Below, piece after piece: positions 25,813 through 35,165 of a stretch of DNA of 64,000 nt. The translations under genes were made by a program, and so were the position numbers. The notes beneath the pieces were generated by a model. That model was not told where the DNA came from and did no database searches. It saw only the letters and a program-made list of their open reading frames with translations. The first letter of the stretch is position 1; each line of letters opens with the position of its first letter. The stretch comes from Bacteroidaceae bacterium (GTDB lineage: Bacteria > Bacteroidota > Bacteroidia > Bacteroidales > Bacteroidaceae): assembly GCA_017546635.1 (NCBI GenBank), contig JAFYSC010000049.1, forward strand, positions 12,442 to 76,441, read 5' to 3'.

Positions 25813-26448
25813 TTATCCAATTATAAGCTCATCGGACGACAATTTTGGCACATAATGTACTCCGTCACAGCGATAATAATCGCGGGAGCCGTTGGCCGAT
25901 ATTTCTACAAGTTCTATCTTCTCGGCACTCTTTCCAATGGCAAGCACCATAAGCGGCTCATACTGCAGTGAGAGCTCCTCGACAATCTTCTCCTTATCGA
26001 ACGACATAATGCACAAACCATTGAGTCCCATCTCCACAGCCTGCAGAAGCATACTCTGCACCGATATTCCCAAGTCGATATAGAGACTCGGACGAGGCTC
26101 AACCACACTGCACACAACAATAAAAGCATTGGGCTCGCAACCCTCTTGCGGCAGATGCAGGTGCGGCAACGCAGCACCCATCCTTATGTGCGGCAGCACC
26201 CTGTGGGCCTCATCGGCCGTCACCATACGGAAACGCAACTGCTGGGCATTGCGCGCCGACGCAATTCTGCCGTTAACGGAAATTATGCGGCGCAGCTGGT
26301 CCTTACGGACAATGAAAGAGGCATCGTAACCGCGTGTGCTGCGATTTTTCAGAAGCAGTGACTGCAAATTGTTCTTCACCTTGCCTGTGACCGCCGCAGC
26401 AGCCGAAGCGTGCTGCTCCATTTTCTTTTCCAGATAATTGTCTGCCAT
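25813..26448 (-). CDS. nitroreductase family protein
   Basis: MADNYLEKKMEQH N-terminus and LKNRSTRGYD block. I chose ATG at 26448 because the longer track ORF (to 26541) runs into the tRNA gene. Confidence 0.8.
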   Translation of the reverse strand: MADNYLEKKMEQHASAAAAVTGKVKNNLQSLLLKNRSTRGYDASFIVRKDQLRRIISVNGRIASARNAQQLRFRMVTADEAHRVLPHIRMGAALPHLHLPQEGCEPNAFIVVCSVVEPRPSLYIDLGISVQSMLLQAVEMGLNGLCIMSFDKEKIVEELSLQYEPLMVLAIGKSAEKIELVEISANGSRDYYRCDGVHYVPKLSSDELIIG

Positions 26449-26510
26449 AACTCTATGCTTCAGTAAAAGGGTGTAAAAAAATAAGTCTCCGATTTCTCGG
26501 AGACTTACTG

Positions 26511-26582
26511 AGGTACCTGGCGGATTCGAACCGCCGTACACGGTTTTGCAGACCGCTGACTAAGCCACTCATCCAAGGTACC
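26511..26582 (-). tRNA. tRNA-Cys (anticodon GCA)
   Basis: Hand-folded cloverleaf. The acceptor stem is GGTACCT/AGGTACC. The anticodon stem-loop is GCGGT-CTGCAAA-ACCGT. The T-arm is GGCGG-TTCGAAT-CCGCC. The discriminator is U73, as expected for tRNA-Cys. CCA is not encoded. Confidence 0.9.
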
Positions 26583-26611
26583 AAAAAGCACTTTGTGCCG
26601 TTTTGCGATTG

Positions 26612-26642
26612 CAAAGGTAGATACAATTTTCCTAAAAACAAA
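26612..26642 (-). promoter_or_regulatory. Bacteroides-type promoter for tRNA-Cys
   Basis: On the minus strand, TACCTTTG is forward 26612-26619 and TTTG is forward 26639-26642, with a 19-nt spacer. It lies ~30 nt upstream of the mature tRNA 5' end. Confidence 0.6.
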
Positions 26643-26719
26643 AAAGAAACGATATTTTTTTCGACAAAAAACAAAAATTCCAACATAATAACCTATCTTA
26701 GCACCAAACAATCGCCATA

Positions 26720-28039
26720 ATGAGAAGAAAAATTGCACAATACATCGAGAAGAACAGTCTACTGCACCCCGACGGCAAAGTAATTGTTGCACTGAGCGGT
26801 GGAGCCGACTCGGTGGCACTGCTCATAATACTGCACTCTCTCGGCTACCGGTGCAGCGCTGTACATTGCAATTTCCATCTACGCGGCGAAGAGAGTATGC
26901 GCGACGAGAATTTCGTCCGCGACCTATGCAAGCACCTTGACATCGGGCTCAAGGTTGCCGATTTTGACACCAACGGATATGCACGGGAAAAGAAAATCTC
27001 AATAGAGATGGCAGCACGCGAGCTGCGCTACAATCTTTTCGAAGAAGAGCGCAGGCTGCAGCAGGCCGGCGCAATAGCCGTTGCCCATCACCGCGACGAC
27101 TGCGCCGAGACGCTGCTGCTCAACCTCATACGCGGCACAGGGATAAGAGGACTGCACGGCATACGTCCGCGCAACGGGTACATAATACGTCCTATGCTGT
27201 GCGTGGGAAGGAAGGATATAATCAATTTTCTGGAAAGCACGGGAGAGGCATATGTGACCGACAGCAGCAACCTCGCAACCGACTACACACGCAACAAGAT
27301 ACGCCTTGAGCTGTTGCCTATGATGCAGGAGATTAACCCCTCGATACAACAGACACTCTACGAGACAGCGGTGCGCCTTGCACAGACTGAGAGCATTTAC
27401 GATGCGGCAATCGGAGAGGGAATAGAAAGAGTACTGCAAGGCAACAGGATTAACATACACAAGCTGCAACAGGAACCGTCGCCGCACACACTCTTGCACG
27501 AGATACTCTCGCCTATGGGCTTCAACGGAGCACAATGCGATGACATTGCAAACAGCCTCGACAAGGAGAGTGGACGCACATTCACAAGCAACAGCCATAT
27601 TGTGGTAAAGGACAGGGAAGAACTCATAATCGAGAGCAACAGCATACCTGCCACAGTAGAACTGGCACTACCCGACAACGGCTGCTTGACAATTGAAGCA
27701 TACGGCACACTAATGACAGAAACTGCCCTTTTCAACGGGGAAATTCCCAAGTCGCGCAACTGCGCAAGCATAGACTTCGAGCGCATCACCCTGCCACTGA
27801 CAGTGCGCAGCATACGCAACGGTGACCGCTTTGCACCATTCGGAATGCGCGGCACGAAACTTGTAAGCGACTATCTCACCGATGCCAAGCGGAGCATCAT
27901 AGAAAAGCAGCGGCAACTTGTCGTAACCGATGCAAGCGGAGCAATAGTGTGGCTTGTTGGAGAGCGTCCAGCAGCCCCCTACTGCGTAACGGGAAAGACA
28001 AAAAAAATCCTCCGCCTTACGTGGCAGAGGATTGTGTAA
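26720..28039 (+). CDS. tilS: tRNA(Ile)-lysidine synthetase
   Basis: PP-loop motif VALSGGADSVALL, followed by HCNFHLRGEES and VAHHRDD blocks. Confidence 0.9.
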   Translation: MRRKIAQYIEKNSLLHPDGKVIVALSGGADSVALLIILHSLGYRCSAVHCNFHLRGEESMRDENFVRDLCKHLDIGLKVADFDTNGYAREKKISIEMAARELRYNLFEEERRLQQAGAIAVAHHRDDCAETLLLNLIRGTGIRGLHGIRPRNGYIIRPMLCVGRKDIINFLESTGEAYVTDSSNLATDYTRNKIRLELLPMMQEINPSIQQTLYETAVRLAQTESIYDAAIGEGIERVLQGNRINIHKLQQEPSPHTLLHEILSPMGFNGAQCDDIANSLDKESGRTFTSNSHIVVKDREELIIESNSIPATVELALPDNGCLTIEAYGTLMTETALFNGEIPKSRNCASIDFERITLPLTVRSIRNGDRFAPFGMRGTKLVSDYLTDAKRSIIEKQRQLVVTDASGAIVWLVGERPAAPYCVTGKTKKILRLTWQRIV

Positions 28040-28045
28040 TCATTC

Positions 28046-29743
28046 TCACGGCATCGCTTCTATCTCCTGCAGGCGCACATCGGCATCAAAATGCCCGAGC
28101 TCCTTCGCACGCTGCATATTTGCCTTTGCCGCAGCCTTGTCACCCTTGACCATATAACAGCGCGCTGTCATATAATAGGCATCGGGGCTGTCACTTGAAA
28201 TCTCGGCAGCACGCAAAAGAGCCGAAAGGGCCTCATCAAGCAACTTGACCTTGTAGCACAAACGGCCCTTCTCTATCAGGTAGAGCAGTTCATCGGGTTG
28301 CAGGTATAGCGCCATTTCAATATCGTCGATAGCCTGCTGATACATCTTTGCCTCGAACTCGGCCTGTTCGCGGCTATAATAGAAATTGGCATTGAGCAGC
28401 CCCTCACGCAGGGTTGCATAGGCATTGTAGTCGACAACGGCCTCACGGTAACGCTTTGCACGCTGCTTGAGCATTGCACGGTGTATAATGTATGGCGCTA
28501 CAGACGCATCTGCACCGAATGTATTGACAGCACTATCCATATAGACAATAGCTTCATCCCACTCCTCAAGTGCCTCCTTACAGCGCGATGCAGCCAGAAA
28601 GACATACGCACCTCCCAAATTTGTCTGCGACAAGGCCCGATAGCACTCAAATGAAGATACATAGTCACCTTTAGCATAAAGCAACTCGGCCTTATGCTGT
28701 ATGTAAAGCGGTTCCTGCTTTATATCCACAGCTTTTGTAATATGCACAATGGCACTGTCGAGCAACTGCTGCTGCTCATCGTTGCCCGTTGCACGGGAAA
28801 GAATAGTAGCGTACACTTTTGAGATATTGTAATGTACGTCATCGGGCTTGTCGGAGAGTTTGAGCGCCCTGTTCCATTCGCGGCGTGCCTCATCAAAGGC
28901 GCTGTCGGCAAGGGCTAGGTACTCGGCACGCAACAGAGAACCCTCGTAGCTGCCGGGATAGAGCTCACGGTACTCGTCGAGGGGCAGCAGGTATCTATCG
29001 CGTTTCTCCGTATATGCGTATCCCTGAAGAAGATAGAGCGTAGTAAGCGCCTCTTTTTGCGATGCAGGCAACGCAACAGGGATATCAGTCTTACGGAACA
29101 CTTCACTGCCGTATGTCAGCGAGGTAGTAGCAAGCCCAGTAGCAAGCGTTGCACCCACAGCATAGCTGTTTACCGTATCACCGGGAGTCGTAGGCTGCAT
29201 AAGCGCTACAAGTTCACCGTTCCCATTGACCAGCGGCGCCGACAAATAGCGGTCCTGCATAGAGAAAGAGAAGGTATAATAGGGTACCCCGCCAACCTTG
29301 CTCACAGCGGCAATTTTCAGAGTCTCCACTGCTCCGCTCTTCTTTGCACCGTATGTCACAAGATAAAGCGTCTCGCCCTCGGCCGCAACTGCGGTTGCCA
29401 GCCGAAGCGACTGCTGTTTCCTGTCACTATCCGTACGCAATTTAATGCAGTCGTAAATATCGTTTGCACCAATGATGCGCTGCACACTGCGCGAAATACC
29501 GTCGGGAGTTATCGCAACGGCACTATCGGCATCCAAGAAAAGCGAATAGGAGGCAAGCAGCTCGCCCGCCCCCGAGTAGACACCCGTTCCGTTGCGCAAT
29601 AATTTGCCATCCCTATAGGCCAGAACTGTTGCAACAGCCTTTTTAGCCGCACCAACCTTCTTCGGCTCTTTTGCCGCCGAAGCGCCAAGCGCGAACAGAA
29701 AAGAGAAGAAGAACAGCGTTATCTTCCTTATGCTCATTGACAA
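28046..29743 (-). CDS. secreted tetratricopeptide-repeat protein
   Basis: Signal peptide (FFFSFLFALGASAA). The C-terminal ~330 aa contain multiple TPR-like repeats (A..Y...A......A). The N-terminal beta-rich domain has no recognisable catalytic triad. Confidence 0.7.
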   Translation of the reverse strand: MSMSIRKITLFFFSFLFALGASAAKEPKKVGAAKKAVATVLAYRDGKLLRNGTGVYSGAGELLASYSLFLDADSAVAITPDGISRSVQRIIGANDIYDCIKLRTDSDRKQQSLRLATAVAAEGETLYLVTYGAKKSGAVETLKIAAVSKVGGVPYYTFSFSMQDRYLSAPLVNGNGELVALMQPTTPGDTVNSYAVGATLATGLATTSLTYGSEVFRKTDIPVALPASQKEALTTLYLLQGYAYTEKRDRYLLPLDEYRELYPGSYEGSLLRAEYLALADSAFDEARREWNRALKLSDKPDDVHYNISKVYATILSRATGNDEQQQLLDSAIVHITKAVDIKQEPLYIQHKAELLYAKGDYVSSFECYRALSQTNLGGAYVFLAASRCKEALEEWDEAIVYMDSAVNTFGADASVAPYIIHRAMLKQRAKRYREAVVDYNAYATLREGLLNANFYYSREQAEFEAKMYQQAIDDIEMALYLQPDELLYLIEKGRLCYKVKLLDEALSALLRAAEISSDSPDAYYMTARCYMVKGDKAAAKANMQRAKELGHFDADVRLQEIEAMP

Positions 29744-29771
29744 AGTATTATTGTTTTGTTTTCAAAGAGAG

Positions 29772-30518
29772 TTACTCTTGAGGATGACGCTGACGTACAG
29801 CCTCATAGAGAATCACACCTGTTGCCACCGACACGTTGAGCGATTCGATATTTCCGAACTGGGGAATCGACACCCAATCGTCGCACAAACGCAGGTGCTC
29901 CACCGGAATTCCCGTATCCTCGGCACCCATCACAACGCACACAGGCTCGGTGTAGTTGGCAGCTGTATAGCTCTTTGTTCCTTTTTCTGTAGCACATACG
30001 ATGCGTATTCCGCTCTCCTTGAGATAGCGCAATGTCTCTGTAATATTCTTCTCGCGACATACGGGAAGAGTATGCAATGCACCGGCAGAAGTCTTTACAG
30101 CGTCGGCATTCACGGTCACACTATTGTGCGCGGGCAGAATAATGGCATCTACTCCAGCACAGTCGCAGGTACGTGCTATTGAGCCGAAATTGCGGACATC
30201 GGTAATTCCGTCGAGCAATACAAGGAAAGGCACTTTTCCCTCTTCGTAGAGCGTGGGCACGAGCGAATCGACGTGGGCATACTCCACTGCCGAAATAAAG
30301 GCAATCACACCCTGGTGGTTCTTGCGTGTTATACGGTTGAGTTTCTCTACCGGCACACGAACCACAGGAATGGTACGTCCCTTAAGCGCCGAGAAAAGCT
30401 CACGCGAGAGCTCGCTCTGAATATCGCGCTTCACAAGTATCTTGTCAATCTCCTTACCGGCCTCGAGTGCCTCCAATACGGCGCGTACACCGAATATCAT
30501 TTCATTTGCGTTAACCAT
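29772..30518 (-). CDS. rlmB: 23S rRNA (guanosine-2'-O)-methyltransferase, SpoU/TrmH family
   Basis: N-terminal SpoU substrate-binding domain (IFGVRAVLEAL). The SpoU motifs are VLLDGITDVRNFGSIART, VMGAEDTG and IPQFGNIESLNVSVATGVILYE. Confidence 0.85.
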   Translation of the reverse strand: MVNANEMIFGVRAVLEALEAGKEIDKILVKRDIQSELSRELFSALKGRTIPVVRVPVEKLNRITRKNHQGVIAFISAVEYAHVDSLVPTLYEEGKVPFLVLLDGITDVRNFGSIARTCDCAGVDAIILPAHNSVTVNADAVKTSAGALHTLPVCREKNITETLRYLKESGIRIVCATEKGTKSYTAANYTEPVCVVMGAEDTGIPVEHLRLCDDWVSIPQFGNIESLNVSVATGVILYEAVRQRHPQE

Positions 30519-30537
30519 AATATTTTCTTTTTGATTT

Positions 30538-32199
30538 TTATTTCGTCAATAACATACGGGCATTGTCCATTGCCGCTTCGGTAAGCACCTCGCCGCTCAT
30601 CATCTGCGCAATCTCACGCACACGTTCTTCGCCCCTCAATTCTATAATGTCTGTCCTTGTTCCTCTGTCGCTCTCCTCCTTGTACACCTTGTAGTGCGAT
30701 GTTCCGAGCGCAGCCACCTGAGGAAGATGGGTAATGCTTATAACCTGCCGCGAAGCAGTTCCCATCTGCTGCATCAAGCGTCCCATCCTTTCGGCAAGCA
30801 CACCCGAGATACCCGTGTCAATCTCATCGAATATCAGAGTGGGCTGTTGTTTGTTATCGGCTATCAGCGACTTCAAGGCAAGCATCACACGCGACATCTC
30901 TCCACCCGATGCAACATCGGCAAGGGGTTGCAGCGGTGTACTGCTGTTTGCCGAAAAGAGGAAGGTCACAGCATCGGCTCCCGAGGGTGTAAACTCGCTA
31001 CACTCCTCGAAAGCAACCTCGAAGCGGATTAGCGGCATTCCCAGCGTCACGAGTATCTCTATTATCCTGCTCTGCAGGCTCAGCGCAGCCTCTTTGCGCA
31101 CAGCCGTCAGGCGTGCAGCGGCATCGGCAACCTTTGCATACAGTTTCTTGCACTCCTTTTCCATTGCAGCGACATTCTCGTCGGCATTTGTTATATTGTC
31201 GAGGTGGACGCTCCACTCCCCTGCAAGTTGCAGAAGTTCGGCAACCGACGAGACGCGGTGCTTCTTCTCAAGGTCATATATGGCCGAGAGACGCCTGTCT
31301 ACGGCCTCCAGCCTATCGGGCGAGAATGTCACCCTGTCGGCACGCTGCTGCAGCTCGCTGCAACAATCCTTCAGTTCGATATAATTCGTATCGAGACGCT
31401 CGGCAAGCTCCCCGGCTCCCTGATAATGCGCCGCCACACGCGAGAGCGCCGAGACCGCATCGCGCAAAGAACGCAACAGGCTGTGCCCATCGTCACCGTC
31501 AAGGATATTTGCAGCAGTGCAGAGTGCAGCCTGGATATCCTCGGCGTGCGACAACTCCTGCTGCTCCTGTTCAAGTTCCTCCTGTTCACCGTCGCGCAAC
31601 GAAAGACGCTCTATCTCATCGAGTTGGAAACGAAGGAACTCCTCGTCCCTGCTGCTTTTTGCAATCTCGTCCTTCAGCTTGGCGAGTTCTCTTTTCAGCT
31701 TCACGTATGCCGAATACGACACCTCATACTCCTCCATAGGAAGTTCTACTGCAAGAGTGTCGAGCACCCCCAACTGGAAATCCTTGTCACCTAGCAGCAG
31801 ATTCTGGTGCTGCGAGTGTATATCAATCAGTCTGCTTCCAAGTTCTTTCAGCTGAGCAACCGAGACAGGAGTATCATTTATGAATGCGCGGCTGCGTCCT
31901 GTTGCCGCCACCTCGCGGCGCACGATACAGCACTCCTCGTCGTAGTCGAGGTCATTCTCCTCGAAGAAACCGCGCAGAGGAAAGGCGCTAAGGTCAAAAT
32001 GTCCTTCAATGACACAACGTGACGCACCCTCGCGCACCGCCTTTGCATCGGAGCGCTGGCCAAGCAGCATCGAGACAGCACCCAGGAGCACCGACTTTCC
32101 GGTTCCCGTCTCTCCCGTTATCACCGAAAATCCCGAGGAAAAATCGACCTGCAGATGCTCTATAAGAGCAAAATTATTTATATCTAATGATTTGAGCAT
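30538..32199 (-). CDS. recN: DNA repair protein RecN
   Basis: Walker A (ITGETGTGKS), a long coiled-coil middle, an SGGE signature (ASGGEMSRVMLALK), and Walker B (LIFDEIDTGISG). Confidence 0.95.
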   Translation of the reverse strand: MLKSLDINNFALIEHLQVDFSSGFSVITGETGTGKSVLLGAVSMLLGQRSDAKAVREGASRCVIEGHFDLSAFPLRGFFEENDLDYDEECCIVRREVAATGRSRAFINDTPVSVAQLKELGSRLIDIHSQHQNLLLGDKDFQLGVLDTLAVELPMEEYEVSYSAYVKLKRELAKLKDEIAKSSRDEEFLRFQLDEIERLSLRDGEQEELEQEQQELSHAEDIQAALCTAANILDGDDGHSLLRSLRDAVSALSRVAAHYQGAGELAERLDTNYIELKDCCSELQQRADRVTFSPDRLEAVDRRLSAIYDLEKKHRVSSVAELLQLAGEWSVHLDNITNADENVAAMEKECKKLYAKVADAAARLTAVRKEAALSLQSRIIEILVTLGMPLIRFEVAFEECSEFTPSGADAVTFLFSANSSTPLQPLADVASGGEMSRVMLALKSLIADNKQQPTLIFDEIDTGISGVLAERMGRLMQQMGTASRQVISITHLPQVAALGTSHYKVYKEESDRGTRTDIIELRGEERVREIAQMMSGEVLTEAAMDNARMLLTK

Positions 32200-32208
32200 A
32201 TTTTATTG

Positions 32209-34293
32209 TCATAATGCACTCTTCTCAATCTTATCCCACGCATCCATCAGCGAGGGGTTAATCTCGGAGAGTATTTTTACAACTGCCTTCTTCTCTTCGG
32301 CTCCTCCCTTTTTCGAGTATATGTTCACAAGTTCATCCTGCTTGTACTCTGTGAAGAGCTTTGTCACATATGCAAGAGGGCGGTTGTCATACGCCTCCTT
32401 GAGCATATCCATACACGATGTTACCATTTTACGGCCGCCATCGGCATTCTTGAACATAGTATCGAGCCCCAAACGGTGATACCTGTACACAAGGCGGCGC
32501 AACGGCTCCATCGCTCCGTTCATATAATCGTCTATCACAGTATAGCGGTTATTCTCATTGCTGCCGGCCCTCCAGCCACTGTCACCGAGAGTCTGTGCAT
32601 TGCCTGCTATATTCTGTGCCTTGTTCAGATATTCGCTGCCCGCAAGCTCGCCCATCGAATCGAAGTCCATTCCTATTATCAGATAGGCATAGAAGGCTAT
32701 TACCGCAGTAAGGTTATTGTCTAGGTTATCCTCGTTGAAATCGAGACGGTCATAGGGCTGATATGTAAAGCGTATGCCTTTATCCTCATACTTGAACAGC
32801 ACCGATGAATATGTAGCCCCGAAGACAGGACGCGTAGCCTGCACCATAAGAGTACACACGAACGAGCCGTCGTCGGAGTAGCTGTCTACCAGAAAAGTAA
32901 AATTACAGGCTATGCGCTCGTACTCCTCAAACTCATACTGTGTCCACTTGCGGTTGTTTATGAACTCGGCAAGAGCATCCTTCAGAACCGTAAAGACCTC
33001 GGTATTTGTTCCCTGTATCTTGTCGGCATTCAGCGTTACAGTAGCATTGAGTTCCTGCGCACCGGCAAATGACGGCAAGAACATAAAAAGGCACACAAGC
33101 AGCAGTTTGGAAAGATGCGCCACAATGTCGCGAGCAACATCGGCCTTGCTCTTCAGCGGATAATCGGTCCTGCTCTCATTGTCAATTATTGTAACCTTAT
33201 TTGTATCCACAGCAAATCCCGCTCCCTCATCCTGCAACGAATTGAGTACGATGAAATCGAGGTTTTTCTTCTGCAACTTGAGGCGCGCATTAGCCTCGGC
33301 ATTGTCGGTTTCGAGGGCAAACCCTGCCAACAATTGCCCGGGACGCTTGCTTTTTCCGAGCGTAGCTGCAATATCGGGGTTGGGCTTGAGCTCAATGCTC
33401 ATATTGTCGGCTGTACGCTTTATCTTTTGCGTTGCCTGCTCCGCAGGACGGTAATCGGCAACAGCAGCACTCAATACAGCAGCGTCACAATGCGGGAATT
33501 CACCAGTAGCGGCAGCGCACATCTCCTGCGCCGACTCCACATTTATGCGTCTTATTGAAGGGTGCGGTGTATCCAATGCAACAGGACCAGCAACAAGGGT
33601 AACCTCGGCTCCCTGCAGGGCACACTCACGTGCAATGGCAAAACCCATCTTTCCCGACGAGTAGTTGCCAATGAAACGTACCGGGTCTATCTTCTCGTAG
33701 GTAGGACCCGCTGTTACCAGCACCCTCTTGCCCTTAAGGGGACTATCGGCTAAAAAAAAATCTTTGAGTTTCTCTACAATTATATGTGGCTCCTCCATAC
33801 GTCCCTTGCCGCTCAGATGGCTCGCAAGTTCGCCTGCTGCAGGCTCAATTATATGATTGCCATATGAACGCAGAATATCGAGATTGCGCTGTGTCGAAGG
33901 ATGGGCGAACATATCGAGGTCCATTGCCGGAGCAATGAACACAGGAGCCTTCATCGACAGATAGGTTGTCACAAGCATATTGTCGGCCACGCCTCCTGCC
34001 ATCTTTCCCATTGTAGCAGCTGTTGCAGGCGCAACAATCATTGCATCGGCCCATAGACCAAGCTCCACGTGACTGTTCCACGTTCCGTCGGCCGAGTGGA
34101 AGAACTCACTCACCACACCTCTACCCGACAGTGTAGCCAGCGTAAGGGGAGTAATGAACTCCTTGGCCGAAGGGGTCATCACCACCTGTACCTCGGCACC
34201 CTCTTTTACAAGCAGACGGACGAGCAGGGCAGCCTTATAGGCAGCAATACTGCCTGTCACTCCCAATACTATTTTTTTTCCTTGCAGTTGCAT
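32209..34293 (-). CDS. coaBC: single ORF fusing CoaBC to a DUF4835-family domain
   Basis: aa 1-396 is CoaBC, the phosphopantothenoylcysteine decarboxylase / phosphopantothenate-cysteine ligase (KIVLGVTGSIAAYK, VTAGPTYEKIDPVRFIGNYSSGKMG). aa 397-411 is LLLVCLFMFLPSFAG, which looks like a signal peptide or TM segment. aa 412-694 begins QELNATVTLNADKIQGTNTEVF and is typical of DUF4835. There is no stop codon between the parts. Confidence 0.8.
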   Translation of the reverse strand: MQLQGKKIVLGVTGSIAAYKAALLVRLLVKEGAEVQVVMTPSAKEFITPLTLATLSGRGVVSEFFHSADGTWNSHVELGLWADAMIVAPATAATMGKMAGGVADNMLVTTYLSMKAPVFIAPAMDLDMFAHPSTQRNLDILRSYGNHIIEPAAGELASHLSGKGRMEEPHIIVEKLKDFFLADSPLKGKRVLVTAGPTYEKIDPVRFIGNYSSGKMGFAIARECALQGAEVTLVAGPVALDTPHPSIRRINVESAQEMCAAATGEFPHCDAAVLSAAVADYRPAEQATQKIKRTADNMSIELKPNPDIAATLGKSKRPGQLLAGFALETDNAEANARLKLQKKNLDFIVLNSLQDEGAGFAVDTNKVTIIDNESRTDYPLKSKADVARDIVAHLSKLLLVCLFMFLPSFAGAQELNATVTLNADKIQGTNTEVFTVLKDALAEFINNRKWTQYEFEEYERIACNFTFLVDSYSDDGSFVCTLMVQATRPVFGATYSSVLFKYEDKGIRFTYQPYDRLDFNEDNLDNNLTAVIAFYAYLIIGMDFDSMGELAGSEYLNKAQNIAGNAQTLGDSGWRAGSNENNRYTVIDDYMNGAMEPLRRLVYRYHRLGLDTMFKNADGGRKMVTSCMDMLKEAYDNRPLAYVTKLFTEYKQDELVNIYSKKGGAEEKKAVVKILSEINPSLMDAWDKIEKSAL

Positions 34294-34312
34294 AAATGCC
34301 TTTAATGTAAAT

Positions 34313-35095
34313 TTATTTCTTTGCGGTGCGCAGTTTTATACGCGTAAGCACCTGCTTTGTGTTAAGCGGGAAATCGCCGTTCATCATCCACGCATAATAC
34401 CCCGAGTCGCGCAACAGCACTGTCTCCACCTTTTCGCCCTTGTACTTTCCGAAGTTGAACACCTCGTTTCCTGCATCATCGAATACAATGCGGCCTGCAA
34501 AGTCGGCATTGCGTGTGAAAGACGAGAACTGCGAGAGGAATTCCATATCATTCACAAGCACATCGGGATAGCGGTCGAGCTGTGCCTGCAGAATCTCGTA
34601 TGTCGCGCGTGTATCGGCAAGAGCACTGTGAGCATTCACAAGCTCCGCCCCGCAGTAGAACTTATACGCCGCCGACAGGGTACGCTGTTCGAGCTTGTGG
34701 TAAATCACCTGCACGTCTATCGCACGGTGACGTGTGAGGTCTATATCAACCTGTGCACGCAGGAACTCCTCGGCAAGCATAGGAAGGTCGAAGCGGTTGG
34801 AGTTGAAGCCTGCAAGGTCGCAGCCTGTAAAGTCGTTGGCAATCTCCTTTGCCACCTCCTTGAATGTGGGACAATCGGCAACATCGGCATCATATATGCC
34901 GTGTACCGCCGACGCCTGCTCCGGAATGTGCATCCCAGGGTTTATGCGCATAGTGCGCGACACCTCATTGCCGTTGGGCCACACTTTTATATAGCATATT
35001 TCCACAATCCTGTCTTTCGAGACATCCACACCTGTAGTCTCCAGGTCGAAGAATATTATGGGATTCTTTAGGTTAAGTTTCATATTATCATCCAA
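34313..35095 (-). CDS. 3'-5' exonuclease (DnaQ/epsilon-like)
   Basis: Exo I motif IIFFDLETTG, Exo II FNSNRFDLPML, and Exo III HSALADTRAT. Confidence 0.85.
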   Translation of the reverse strand: MDDNMKLNLKNPIIFFDLETTGVDVSKDRIVEICYIKVWPNGNEVSRTMRINPGMHIPEQASAVHGIYDADVADCPTFKEVAKEIANDFTGCDLAGFNSNRFDLPMLAEEFLRAQVDIDLTRHRAIDVQVIYHKLEQRTLSAAYKFYCGAELVNAHSALADTRATYEILQAQLDRYPDVLVNDMEFLSQFSSFTRNADFAGRIVFDDAGNEVFNFGKYKGEKVETVLLRDSGYYAWMMNGDFPLNTKQVLTRIKLRTAKK

Positions 35096-35165
35096 TTATA
35101 CGAGGATGTGTCAAAATTATTGTTTCGGCACATCCTCTTTTAATATTTTTTATGTCTACAAATTT

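Noticed and set aside
26449-26541. N-terminal extension of the nitroreductase ORF (track start 26541)
   Set aside because: The extension translates through the tRNA-Cys gene (26511-26582). The conserved MADNYLEKK start at 26448 is the plausible initiation site.
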